Origin: Sphyrna mokarran
Lineage: Eukaryota
Direction of reading: 5' to 3'
Assembly: GCA_024679065.1 (NCBI GenBank)
Contig: JAGIQG010000016.1
Coordinates: 37,882,001-37,946,000, forward strand
DNA: 64,000 bases
The notes below the pieces were generated by a model. That model was not told where the DNA came from and made no database searches. It saw only the letters and a program-made list of their open reading frames with translations. Each line of letters starts with the position of its first letter. The stretch's first letter is position 1. Below are positions 24,863-37,754 of this stretch, piece by piece. The position numbers and the translations under genes are program-made.

Positions 24863-26412
24863 ACATCAAAGAATGAGTGAAGTCATCAAATTTGGGGGAC
24901 ACAAGAACAAAAGGTAGAGGCCTAAAACGGTCTCTCAACTTTACAATGGACCTCTTCTAATGAGCAACAATTGCAGGTTTAAAATTTCATTCTTATTCAT
25001 TATCTTCTAAATCTTCTGAGACTTTCTCTGCTTCTATCCGTTTTGCCATATTTTCAGCCTAGCTTGCTGGGTTTAGTCACTCCCTATTATTAATGGGTAG
25101 TGTTGGTCAACCTCAAAATGGAACTTCACCATCCGTCTTATCATCATCTTTGCCAGAAAGGGAAACTTCTTTAGTTTGCTGGTTTCATCCTGGATAGGCA
25201 GTTTGATTACTTTGCTTTCAGTTTGTATGTAATTAGTGATATTTACTGCAGATAGTTTAATCACTGAGGCATGTTTGCATTTTGCATAGCAGCAGCAACC
25301 CTAATTCTGAATTAATAGCAGTTGCTGAAATGTTGGGACAATTTGTACCTGGAATATAGAAAGATGCCTGCTGGGCTGGGCAGGTTCCAACTCATTACCA
25401 ATGTAGTTGTATCTCAAAACAGAGCAGCATTGTTTTTGCAAATAAACAAGTCTTACATTCTGAATTTTTTTAACGGTATTTATTTTTGACCTTTATTACA
25501 GCCCATAATTTTATTATGCAAACTGTTGGCCTTACCTGAAATTTATAGTTTGCAGGGCATTTGGCTTCTCTGCAGCCTGAACAACTTTTGGCAAATAATG
25601 TTACACAACTTTGGGCAGATTCTTTCTTTAATTTATTTAATTCTGTTGGAATTCATTTCATTTCAACTGATTATCTCTTTAATTTACCATTTTGCAGTAG
25701 TATGTTTTTGATTTACTGAGTAGGTTTCATACTGCGACTCTAGCATTACTTTTCACAACCAATCTTATCTTGAAGTTAGTGTTTTTTGGTATTTGTGCGA
25801 GAAATATTGTTGACTGCATTGCCAGTGTAAGTCATTGAGCTGAGGACACTGTTTAACCTAACTACGTTGCATTATTAACCTGTGAACATCACAGAGTTAA
25901 GTATATGACAAAAGACAAATAATTCAATGAAAGACAGAGTTCGAGGGAATTTTGGACGATTTCCCTACTAACAGAAACAATCTGGAACTTTATAGCCTTT
26001 TAGCTCTTTAATTAATATGGGCAACTACTTCTGGCAGGCTTTCACTGGCTGTTGTCTTTGTATGGTGCTGTGATATCAACGGGGCACAGTTTATAGTTTA
26101 CCTTTGAAGACTGTTCTGCTTTCTTGCATTTTTATGGAGTTTTTTTTAATAAATAAAACAAAGTGATATTGAGGTCTGCTCTTCTTTATAAATGGAACGG
26201 AGCAAACCAGCAGCAACTGACACAAATTTTGGAATTTCCTATTTAGCAGTGAGTAATGGATTCTCAATGTAATGAGTTCTATGATGCATGGATTCCGAAT
26301 AATAATCTTGATGTAGCTCCTTTAATGTAACTTGAAAAAACACAGAAGTTCGACTTCTTTCAGAAACAGGCTGTTTTATATAACTAAAGCCATCATTTAT
26401 TTTAGAATCATA

Positions 26413-26528
26413 CGGTGGAATTCTACTATCCCGCCTGCCACGGAATCAGAGTGGGCAAGGGGCCGACAATGGAAATGTCTATTGACCTCGGGCGGGCATT
26501 TCTTGAGCGAGGCCGTAAAATACCACCC
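26413..26528. mobile_element. MITE (subtype B) nested in a minus-strand HE1 tail fragment (26403-26615)
   Basis: TIRs cggtggaattctac ... gtaaaataccaccc; flanks tagaatcata | atagaaggccacttggcccatcaagcctgcacc reconstitute a SINE tail. Confidence 0.7.
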
Positions 26529-26699
26529 ATAGAAGGCCACTTGGCCCATCAAGCCTGCACCAATAACAATCTCATCCAGGCCCAATCCCCTAAATCCCAC
26601 GCATTCACATCTGCAATCTGATGCAAATTGCATTCAAAATCTGCTGATTTTCCAAAAGGTTTGTTTTTGCTCAAATCTCTGAAAGAAAGAAGGCTCACT

Positions 26700-26970
26700 G
26701 TATGTCTCAAAGCACTTTACTGTCAATGAAGTACTTTTAAAGTTTAGCATTTGTTGTAACATGGCAGCCAATTTGTGCACAGCAAGCTCCCACAAACAGT
26801 GCGATAATATGTTTCTTTGCAATATTAAGGGATAAACATACAGCCAAGATAAGTCCCTTGTTGTTCTTCAAAGTAGTGCTATTAGAGATCAATGGGGCCT
26901 CAGTTTAGTATCTCAACTGAAAGGCAGTATCTTGGACAGTACAGCATTCCCACACTGCTGCACTGAAGCT
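26700..26970 (-). mobile_element. DeuSINE-like element (SacSINE1/AmnSINE1 type)
   Basis: ggcagccaatttgtgcacagcaagctcccacaaacag (Deu-domain-like, reverse strand) and aaagcactttac...aatgaagtactttt tail. Confidence 0.75.
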
Positions 26971-27026
26971 TCAGTCAAAAGTCAAGGCTAGCTCAAGTTT
27001 TTGCTCAATTTGTTTTACACATTTCG

Positions 27027-27207
27027 TAGAATCATAGAATTCCACAGAGCAGAAGGAGGCCATCCTGCCCATTGAGTCTGCACTGACCACAATCCCACCC
27101 ATGCCCTATTCCCATAATCTAACCCCATTCATTCACCCTTGCTGGTCCCCCTGACACTAAGAGGCAATTTAGAATGGCCTACCACCTAACCTGAATATCC
27201 TTGGACT
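27027..27207 (-). mobile_element. HE1-like V-SINE, tail type 2, 5'-truncated
   Basis: tagaatcatagaattcc...gcagaaggaggccat...cacaatcccaccc...ccctgacactaagaggcaatttag. Confidence 0.8.
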
Positions 27208-27593
27208 TGTCAAATGTAATATTGTCCATGGGCCAGCACAGTTGGACACTTAAAAACACTCTCCTTTTAAAAAAAAGTCCTTGATGTATGAGGATAACCT
27301 GATGCAATTTATTTAATGCAATTGAAAATGGGTTTACCATTAAAAAAAAGCATTCTTAATTTATGTCCAATTCTCTTTCTGTAAATAACCTGATTCTGAA
27401 TAATTGAAATGACTTAAAAAATATACAAAACCATATTTTATGTTTCACAGAGAACCATAGAGCAAATTAAATATTAATTTTAGTTTTTAAAAGCTTTTCC
27501 TAGATGCCCCTTTATTTCCTACTAGATCCGCCTCAAAGGGCCACAAATGGATGTTATCAGTGGAAAATCAATATGACTATTTCAGTTCAGTGA

Positions 27594-27868
27594 TCATAGA
27601 ATCCATAGAATCCTACAATGCAGAAGGAGGCATTTCAGACCATGGAGTCTGCAGTAACAACAATCCCACCTAAGCCCTATCCCCATAACTCTATGCATTT
27701 ACCCTAGCTAATCCTCTTGACACTAAAAGGCAATTTAGCATGGTCAATTCACTTAACCCACACATCTTTGGAGTGTGGGATGAAACTGGAGCACCTGGAG
27801 GAAACCCACACAGATACGGAGAGAATGTGTAAACTCTACATGGGGTGCTAACCACCGTGCCATTGTGC
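27594..27868 (-). mobile_element. HE1-like V-SINE, tail type 2 (internal deletion)
   Basis: catagaatccatagaatcctacaatgcagaagg...gagcacctggaggaaacccacacaga...gtgctaaccaccgtgcc. Confidence 0.85.
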
Positions 27869-28476
27869 AATCCTGTAATGGTCAGTTTTATCAGCACGAT
27901 TTTTTTGCAAGAGTGCAGGAGATAGTGGAAACCTGATTTAAGCTGAACGTAATTTGCACTCTCGGTTTCTTGTTTGTTTGCGCAAGGTTGGCTGATTTCA
28001 GGTGATTTGTATTGAAAAAGTCATTGTGGAATAGCTAGGTGATCTAATTGAAAAGCAAAATGAAAAGGCTATATTCAGAGGCATGCCTGATGGCCTACTG
28101 TGTAAGGCTGTGCCTGGGGAGCTCATAAATCGTGAAGTCCTTTGGCATCTCCTGATTGGGTGATTAAGTCGCAACATCAGTGAGGTGCCACAATTGACAT
28201 CCTGTCCTCCCTGGGTAAGGGGAATGAATGCAAAGACTTGCAAATTGCTGGAATAAGGCAAGTGTTGTGGATTGAATTTCTTTCCCTCTTATTGTTCAGA
28301 TTGTATTATTTTAGTGTCTCAACTCGCTGGATATGGGAGCTGATAATGATGTAAAGAGGTCAGCAAGGCATTTGGGGCCTCATGATCACTGGACTATCTC
28401 CTTAACTAGTACTAAAGATATTCAAGGGGAAGAAATACAGTGAATTTGAGTCAAGTTAGATACAGCAAAAGAGACT

Positions 28477-28766
28477 GGGGTGGCATACTGGTTAGCACTG
28501 CTGCCTCACAGTGCCAGGGATCCCGGATTCAATTCTTGGATTGGTTCACTGACTGTGTGGTGTCTGTACTTTTCCCATGTTGGTGTAGGTTTCCTTCGAG
28601 TGCTCTGGATTCCTCCCACAACCTGAAAGACATGCTGGTTAAGTGCATTGGCCATGCTAAATTCTCCATCAGCATACCCAAACAGGCGCCAGAGTGTGGC
28701 GACTAGGGGATTTTCACAATAACTTCATTGCAGTGTTAATGTAAACCTACTTGTGATATAAATAAG
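28477..28766 (+). mobile_element. V-SINE, tail type 1
   Basis: ggttagcactgctgcctcacagtgccaggga...cattggccatgctaaattctcc...caggcgccagagtgtggcgactagggattttcac...ctacttgtga. Confidence 0.88.
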
Positions 28767-31458
28767 AAGTGCATTTAGAGAAAAAACAAGACAGAAAGCA
28801 AAAGTTAAAGGAAATTAATATTTAAAATTTTAAACCTCTAGCGACAATTGACCACCTGTGGGAGTGAGAATCTGCAGTCTCATCATTCCCTTTCTGGGGC
28901 TCCATGGATGAGTTGTGTGTCAATCCTCTTATTAACAGGGTCCATAAGGCATGAATTACCAGCTCTAAATTGCTGTAGTGAGATTCATGTGTATTAGTGA
29001 TGTTGGTACAATTTCACGATGCGAGATGCCAAGGCTCACAGTGCAATGGTAACTGTTGGGGCTTTTGCTGAGGTCAATAGAATAACAGCGTTAGTTGTTC
29101 AGCAATTTGTAGTAAATCAGAACTCAGGTCATACGTTTTCTTCATCTCAAACTGCTGTTTATTTTTATGCATGATTAATGACTGGGGACTCGATTATTTT
29201 GCAGTCATTTCTGTGCCATCAGCTGTGGGCTCTGTTCCTTTTGATCTGGTGATTTCTACTGGTGCATGTGTATACTTACTGCAGTGTGTGTGTGTGTGTG
29301 ATTCTCCTCTGCTCCAAAAGCTTTGGCCCTCATTTTTTTTTAAAATCTGTTTCCACACTACCTAGTGTATGTCCATTTTAAGGCGCCCTCAACCTGCATT
29401 AGTTGTGCCCTCTTCACTGAATGAAGCTGATGAGGCTCAATAGTTGCAGCCCTCTGATTGGATTGGCAATATTGCACTCACTGTTCCTCCAAGCTTTTAA
29501 TAAGATGGCAGTTGTAGGGGTGGACAATTAGTAGGCTGCTTCCTGGAAAATTACTATCAGCTGTGATGTGGGTGGGTGCCAACTAGAGACCCTTGTTTGC
29601 TTCTGACGTCAGGCTTCTGAAGCCCATGGGAAAATCACATCATTAAACTGAGAAAAGATCTGTGTCCCTTTCAAAGTTTTCAATTTCCAGTGTAGCAAAG
29701 TGTACCTGAAGCAAACTTTTTTTAATTTCAGCTCTGCAGAGTGTGGATTGCAAACTTAAAAATAACTGAGCCGAAGTCATGTAGGATCCACAGCACTTTT
29801 AACTGCAAATGATAGTAAATTTTGCTTTTTGTAATGAATAGGGAGAAAAGCTTCAGTCAGATGAGATTCACATTGATTCTATCAGAGATAGAGTTTGCCA
29901 GCTTCAAATTGACCACCCTGATTGTTTTCCTTGCAGTAAAAAATATTTTTTTAAAAGGTGTGACTTAATTTTAGAATTTGAACTCTTGCTATTTGGGGAT
30001 TTTGTTGGTGGGAAAGGGTTGACCCAGTTGACGGCATTTCTTTTAGAAGTGCGATTATTTTCTCCAGACTATATAAATTTGTGTCCAAGTTGCTTGCTGT
30101 ATGTTAACTCTTGCTATAATCCAGTCTACCCACCTCACACATAAGTGATATTAAGTTATTGTTCACCCTGCTGCATTTTCATATATTTGGGCCAACCCTC
30201 CATGGAGATATTGCTGGGCCTGTGGGAGGGAATTTAAAAAGATAATGGGATTCTAGGTTTTATCACAAGATGCATGGAATATAAAAGCCAAGAGATAAGA
30301 ATGATTTTTATAAAGCTTTAAATAGACTTTCAAGAGTATTGAGTGCAGTGTGGCTGCACATATAAGAAGGCCAGCAAAATCTTTGAGAGAATGAAACAAA
30401 GATCCTGTAGGATTCTGCCTGCTCTGAGGAATGTACGTAAGGACTAGAAAAATTGGATTATTAGAATTCAGTGTAAAATTATTTGTTAAAACAGCACAGA
30501 CAGTGATGGTGGAGTGCAGCTGACTGCCCTGAAGTACTCCTGCAATGATGAAATTTTTCCTTATCTCAATCCTAAATGGCTGACATTTAATCATGGCACC
30601 AAGACTTCTAGTACTGGACAGTGCTTTGTTTCACTGGCCAATCCACTGTACTTTTACTGTCTTACCTGCCTCCATCATCTCTGGATTGGACTTTCTTCAG
30701 TGTCCTCAGATTTTCCTTTTGTCAACAGATCTTCTGGAGGTTTGTATTCACATCACTAAAAATATTGGAAATAGGAGAGAAGGAAACAGCTTGGAATGGT
30801 TACCTTAGAGACATCTATAGCACTCTTCAAAAAGGGCTGCAAATCTTGAACATGTCAGCACCCGTACCCTCCCTACCAGTAACCTCACTGACCACCATCA
30901 CCAAGGGAATGACAGAGACTGGCCATTGAATGGAAAAGGGATAGAATAAAAGACAGAGAGACCAGGTGAAGGAGATGAGAAACAAAAGTGCAACAGAGGG
31001 AATCAGAAGTGAGGAAAAGTGAGATATCAAGGCAGAATGAAGATAGTGGTCATGGTATGGTTCCATCCACCAAGCAGTACAAAGTACAATGGGAGTTCAA
31101 AGTGGATTTCAATCATAATTCTGATTGAGAAAAATACAGTTTAGCTATACATATCTCAGTCCCTAGATGTGACAATAGATCTAGTTGATTGCTCCAAAAT
31201 AGTTGGCATGGAGGGGGTGAGGACATGATGCATCATTGGCATTGTAATAAACTGGACCACACCACGCAGTATGCTGGAGATTAAATGGTCATTCTGTTGG
31301 CATCATCAGTTGTACACAAGGAACTTACAAACTGGGGAAGCAGAAAAGCCAGTCATGTTGATACACCAATTGCTATGGCAGACAAAGAGATTACAAGTTG
31401 TACACCACCTGCATAGGGGCAGAATGTCCAACAGATGGTGGATGAATTCAAAGATTTT

Positions 31459-31665
31459 GGGTGAGATTCTCCGGCCTCCCAGCAGCATGTTTCGCGCTGG
31501 CAGAAGGTGGCGCATTGTTTGCTAGTGACGGGGTTCTCTTGTCCCACGTGATCAATGGGAATTCCCATTGATGTCACCCCATGCTAGCAGGAAACCTGCG
31601 GGCTGGAGCACGCTGCCAGTGGAACCGAGAATCCCACTGGCGTGAACGACCAGAGAATTCCAGCC
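31459..31665. mobile_element. MITE (subtype C) with central perfect 22-bp palindrome
   Basis: TIRs gggtgagattctcc ... agagaattccagcc; centre atcaatgggaattcccattgat (31551-31572). Confidence 0.75.
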
Positions 31666-31689
31666 TTTATGTGGGAAAATGGAAAGTAC

Positions 31690-32059
31690 TGGGTGGCACA
31701 GTGGTTAGCACTGCTGCCAGTCCAATGCTGATATCTCCACATCATTCCTCACAGATTCAGGGACCTGGGTTCGATTCTCAGTTTGGGTCCACTGTCTGTG
31801 TGAAGTTTGACATTCTCTCCATGTCTGCGTGGATTTTCTCCGGGTGCTCTGGTTTCCTGCCACAGTCCAAAGGTGTACGGGTTAGGTTGATCGGTCATGC
31901 TAAATTGATCCTTGAGTGTCATGGATGTGTGTACTAGAGGGATTAGCAGGGCAAATATGTGGGGTTTCAAAGATAGGACCTGGGTGGGATTGTTGTCGGT
32001 GCAGAATCGATGGGCCAAATGGCCTTTTTTTGCATTGTAGGCTTTCTATGATTTCTATG
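31690..32059 (+). mobile_element. HE1-like V-SINE, tail type 2, with a ~27-bp Penelope-tail insertion in its head
   Basis: ggtggcacagtggttagcactgctgcc[agtccaatgctgatatctccacatca]ttcctcacag...gatgggccaaatggcc...ttctatgatttctatg. Confidence 0.88.
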
Positions 32060-33334
32060 GTAACTTCCATGTGGGCAGAATAGAATGGGTCAAGATATTA
32101 AAATATTACAAGATATCAGTGCCAGTCAATCCTTAATGTTGTAGGAGAGAGATGTTTGTTGCCGAGAAGGAATGTGGCAGGAGAAAGTGTTAATTCGCAA
32201 CATTCACGAAGAAACAAGAGAAATATCTTTAATAAAAGTAAACTTTTAAGAGTAGTTTGAAGTTGGGAAAAGTAGTGACAGACATGGTCGAAACTCTACC
32301 CAGTTCAGGCATTCAGTTCATTCCAGAGAATCACAGTTGATTATGATGCCAACTGTAGTCGATCAGTTGGTACAAAATCCAACCACAGAGCAATAGTTTG
32401 TGAGCCCAGGGTGAGGAGAATGAGGTTGGGTTATCTGATACTGCCTTTAGCAGGCTAACTGAAGATGAGACATGAGACAGACCCAGAGTGTAAGATTAGT
32501 TCAGTTCAAAGAGATTGATTGAATTACACAGGGTGACTCAAAGTTAAAACCACTTTAGCCAGCACACAAAGCTCAAGGCATTCCCAAGTGTGATAAAGCG
32601 CATGAGAACAAGCATGAGGTTTTGTTAGTCACAAAGCAGGGGAAGACAAGGCAGCAAGTTAGTACAGTGACTTAAATATGATTGTTATACATGATCAGTG
32701 AGATTGAAGCAGTGAATTTAGTTGTGGAAGAATAGATTGTTACAACTTGGACAGGCGGATTCTGAGTCACTTGATGAAAGGCTGGTTCTCACTGTAACGG
32801 ACTATCTATTATTTAGTACCCATTGGGCAAGGGAATTGAAAGTTTTCAGGATATTAATGGCATTATTATTTTTGGGGAGACAATGCAGTGGGTCATTTTA
32901 CAAGTATGTGCAAGAGCCAACTGATGCATTATTGTGAGTGGGCTTCTAGTGATTACTGAAATTAATAAACAAATATCAGTTGGCACACTGACAATTTTCT
33001 GATCGCAAGAGGGGTTCCTGACTAGGAACATGTAAATAGAAAATTAACCTTTAGTGTTTCCCAAAGTAAGGAGTGAACAGGCACTCATGTCGGTGGGAAG
33101 TCAGTGTTAGAATAATCAGACTTGAGCATTGGGTGGGTGAGGCGTAATGGTTTATATTACCTCTTCTTGCTTTGGGTTTTAGGTTCTTTTAAACTGCCGT
33201 TGTACAAAAAGGCAACAGGTACACCTTTTAAATCTTGAAAAAAAGAAACGCCTTTCAGTATTGAAAAGTTAATTATTGTATGTGCATGTTGATGCAGTGA
33301 ATTGTGTTCTGGTTTGTGAATGCACTTTGTAAAC

Positions 33335-33677
33335 AGGCAGCATTGTGGCACAGTAGTTAGCACTGCAGCCTCATAGCGCCAGGAACCTGGGTTCAACTCT
33401 GGCCTCGGGAGACTGTCTATGTGGAGTTTACACATTCTCCCCATGCCTATGTGGGTTTCCTCCGGGTGCTCCAGTTTCCTCCCACACTCCAACGGTATGC
33501 GGGCTCGGTTGATTGGCTATGCTAAATTGCCACTTAATGTTAAGGGTACTAGCAGGGTAAATATGTAGAGTTACAGGGGTCGGACTGGGTGGAATTGTCA
33601 TTGGTGCAGGCTCGATGGGCTGAAATGGCCTTCTTCTGCACTGTAGAGATTCTATGATTCTGTGGAATTCTATGATC
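33335..33677 (+). mobile_element. HE1-like V-SINE, tail type 2, full length
   Basis: gtggcacagtagttagcactgcagcctcatagcgccagg...gtgggtttcctccgggtgctccagtttcctcccac...gattctatgattctgtggaattctatga. Confidence 0.92.
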
Positions 33678-33689
33678 TTGGCAATAAGT

Positions 33690-33966
33690 GGGTGGCACGG
33701 TAGTACAGCGGTTAGCATTGCTGCTTCACAGCACTAAGGATCCATTCGAATCCCAGCTTAGGTCGCTGTCTGTGTGGAGTTTGCAAGTTCTCTCTGTGTC
33801 TATGTGGGTTTCTTCTGGATGCTCTGATTTCCCTTCACATTCTGAAAGACATCCTGTTTAGGTGCATTGACCGGAATATGTGCTGGACTGTGGCAACTAG
33901 GGGAATTTCACAGTAACTTCATTGCAGTGTTAATGTAAGCCTTACTTGTGACTAATAAATTAACTT
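33690..33966 (+). mobile_element. V-SINE, tail type 1, directly downstream of the type-2 copy
   Basis: ggtggcacggtagtacagcggttagcattgctgcttcacag...cagtaacttcattgcagtgttaatgtaagcc..acttgtgactaataaat. Confidence 0.9.
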
Positions 33967-34050
33967 CACTGAAATCTGATGACCTTAGAAACTGCATGGG
34001 CTCAACTCGTATTTTTCAGGCTTCCATGGTACAAAGACAGCTGAAAGCAT

Positions 34051-34187
34051 GGGTGCAATCTTACCGGCTGTTCACACCACACTCCTGTTGCGGTGAGAGC
34101 AGAGAATTTGGCACCCAGCCAAATCTCCATTCACTGAAGCAGGATGGGAAAATCCTGCTGGCGTGGACAGCTGTAAGGTTCTGATCT
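34051..34187. mobile_element. MITE (subtype A)
   Basis: gggtgcaatcttaccggctgttcac ... gtggacagctgtaaggtt; internal gaatttggcacccagccaaatctccattcac. Confidence 0.7.
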
Positions 34188-35139
34188 ATATGTCCGTGGG
34201 CTGACTGGATGTTGTAGTGAGACATAATGGAACACACCAGCATATAGACTGCATCGCTCAGAGTTGCTGCACTCTACAGACTTCCAACGGAAGTATGGTA
34301 AGCTAAGGTGAATCATAGCAAGCCGAAAAATGGTGCAATGCAGTAGACTAACATTTCAGTATAGATCCCTGATGAGTCAATTCTGGGATAACTTTGGTCA
34401 GCCGATTATTAATTTGAATGGAATCTATTGCACTGAAATACATTTCAGAAATGGAGAGATATCTTTCTAGAAAGATGGGGAGTGGAAATATACCTAACAA
34501 GGTGTCTCATCTTTCAATCCAGAGAATTGAAAACCATCACGCAACTGCTCAGTGACTCAGTGTGAAGGGAATCCCTGGATTAGTGTTGGCTTTTAATTTA
34601 ATAGAGCATTTGTTGTGGTTGGAGAATAGCCAACCTTTTTCAAAAATGATAGGTAGCATAGTTTAACTCACAACAATGGGTAGTCTTATGGATAATCTTT
34701 TATCCTGTTGGGCCAATGGCTTCTGCAGAGCTAAGTATTTGTTGAAACAGCAAGGTTAACACAACCCATTCCTGGATCTCCTGCAAGACAGGATCATTGG
34801 GCTGAATCATCAAAACCATTCTTTCGACATGCAATATGTTTTCATCCAAAATGCCTTAACAAAGATTTGATTTGACCGCTCATTGATGATAGTGGATTAT
34901 TGACCTTTGGTCCTTACTTAACGAGAGTTGCAGTTTTCCAAAGCCCCAGTTATTTCTAATAGATTCCTCATTTGTCTTTGGATATTTTTTTCTCCACATT
35001 CATCAGTTTCAGGGACATCAGTGCTGCAGGACTGTTATAATTTACACCATCTGTACAGCATCAAACAATCTGAGGTTTGTTATATGTTACATACATTAGA
35101 TAATGTGTAAAGGTTCCCATGCTCCACGCCAATGTTTTG

Positions 35140-35191
35140 TAAAATTATTGGTTTATAAAATTATTGGTTAATAAAATTATTGGTTAATAAA
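35140..35191. repeat. Tandem repeat, 3.2 x 16 bp
   Basis: (taaaattattggttwa)3 taaa. Confidence 0.95.
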
Positions 35192-37105
35192 GCATGCACC
35201 TCAGAGCATGCTTACTGCACCAGGACAAATTTGGATACTCTGACACTTTGCTGTACTTTTATGTTAAACTGCCAATTTTCTGTCTGTTAGAGCTTTGAAT
35301 CCTTACCTGCAAGAACATGATTTAAATGGATTAAATTATTTCAATCAGGATCTTTGCAGGAGGCATTCAGTTCATCAACTTGGACTGGATTCAAATCTAG
35401 GTCACAGAGGTGAAAGGACAGTAAGCTCATACATTACACCATCCAGCTTATCTGATTAATCTTTTATGTACTTGTAATAGCTTCTACTTTATATGTCGTA
35501 TCTTGTTTCATTACTTTAACTTGAACATTCATCCACTCTATCTTTATAATCCCATCTAATGAAACAATTGTACTGAGGCAATTTTGAATTAATGAGACAT
35601 TTTCCAATGGAGTGAATCAAGATTAATTTTCCACTACCATGAAGTAAGTCTCATATCGCAATGTTATTAAGCAAGTGGTTCATCTGTGCATGAGTTATTA
35701 ACTGCAATTTTAATTTTTAACAGAGTGAGGCTACCTGCAGAAGGTGGTCATGCTTTGATTTTGCCTTGGTTGCAGTATAACTTGGTAGGCAACTAAATCG
35801 TGGAACTTTTGAAGTAGTCCCCTGAACACTAAACTTTAGTTTTTAATTCTAAATGACCAGAGGAGAATGGTTGAAGACCAGTGTACAATATTCTGTAGCT
35901 GTGCATAAATATACATTAGAGAATATTGTCAATCCTAAGTAGAAGCCAGAATAAGTGGGCAGTTCCATCAAACAGTGGCTCAGATTTTTGCCAGGATGGG
36001 AAGGCTCTCAGTCATGGTAAAAATCTCAGAAATGGCTGAAATTTCTAAATGCCACTCCCAGACCAGCATTTCCCACCTTTGCAGATACAGAAATGAAGTT
36101 GGGCCAGGGATCACGCGTACATGATTTTCGAAGGCAGATGGTCACTTGAATTACCAGTTCCCTCCCCTGAAGTGGAATTGGTAGTCCAAGAATGTAAAAC
36201 CTGGAGTATGCATTTAGAACTGGTAAGAGAAGATCTGAACTTGCTGAATTTGTTTGGATAGCCAGGATACCCATTTGTAGAAGTATGGTTTCTTTTTGGA
36301 TAGAGTCATGGGATCTCTTTGGGAGAGAAAAGGCCCCATTTGGGATTGTTAGAAGTGAAGTATGTACTTCTTATGCACAAATACGTTGAAACTCTCTTTC
36401 TCTTAAAGAACTGTTAAAGAAATGTCCAGCTGTCAAAACTATCAAGGAAATGTCAAAGCTGTCAAGGAACTGTCCAAGGATACAAAGTGAATTAGTATGG
36501 AAGAGGTATGGGCAAAGGTTGGTGGGTGAAATTCATGGGTTGTCATGAATTGACACTAAGTTAGCGTAGGTAGTATGCAGGACATGGGGGTAACTGGAAG
36601 GTCTTGTGTTGTCATAGTCACTATGGGGTCCATGGAAATTAGTGGAGGCATTGCTTGGCATGGGTGGAGAAAAGGGGTCTGTATATGATATGTGGAAAGC
36701 CGTGATTTGATTTTCTTACTAAACCAGTTACAATGCCAAAGCACAGAGGAAGGCCTTGTGCCGAGATTGCCTCCGCAGCCAGCATTCATTCATGACTCAC
36801 TCTATGTCAGCCCACTCCCATCCTCCCCTGCTGACCGATAATCCAAACTGTGGTTGGAGATTTTTTAACTGTTTAGTGCACCAAGCTCCTGACTTTGCAC
36901 ATCTGCACCAGAGATAAAACTCTGTGTATGTGTACTCATGAGGAAAATGGCACTGATATCAAATCAGTATCTATATTATGAAACATATGATTCAGATCTT
37001 CATGAGAACATTGTGCACACCACTTCAAAGGTAACTGAAAGAAATAGATATTCATCTGTAAAGGGCAACAGAAAAGCTGGAAATTTCAAGAAATTTTTCT
37101 TAGAT

Positions 37106-37595
37106 CAGTAGTTCCCAACCAGTGTGCTATGTGTCGTGAAAAACCCACCCCCCCAACCCCCAAAAGTATGCCATGAAAAACATTCAAAATTCATGTAATT
37201 AAACTAGAACTAATCTGGTCCTCAGCTTTGTAATTGGTGTCTCCAGGACAGATGAATCTTGGGCCTCCCGTGCATTCTCTAACTGGAGAGGGTCGCACAT
37301 GCATAGTTTAGATTTTTGATGTTGATCAGGCCTGTCGTGCATGACCAATGGGAGTTGGAGTTGAAGACAAAGACCTCAGCTTCCTGCTAAAGAAAAACAA
37401 AAACTCAAAGAGGGCACAAAAACCCTGGGAGAAGCAAAAGAGACAGAGGTTAAATTAAACTGGCAAGAGGACAGGGAGAAGTTAAAAATGAAGTTTCCAG
37501 TAAGGGAAGAAGACGGAGAAAATAGCATGCGTATCTCAACATTTTTGTTATAGCATAGAAGTGTGCCATTGCATATAAGAGTTTCGGAATCATTG
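37106..37595. mobile_element. Non-autonomous hAT DNA transposon
   Basis: Imperfect TIRs cagtagttcccaacc ... gtttcggaatcattg; perfect 8-bp TSD tcttagat (37098-37105 and 37596-37603). Confidence 0.85.
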
Positions 37596-37754
37596 TCTTA
37601 GATTCTTAAGCCTTTTCATTTCTTTTACCATTTCCCTTTCCGTGCACAGTAATGTAACCTTGGAATAACTATGTTGTATATAGCAGAGAACACTCGTGTT
37701 TGACAATGGTGAGCAAATGAGTAAACTGAGTTTGATCAAAAAACCAAGTCTATA

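Noticed and set aside
33335-33410. tRNA gene-like A/B boxes
   Set aside because: These are SINE heads continuing into the SINE core; no complete cloverleaf is evident.
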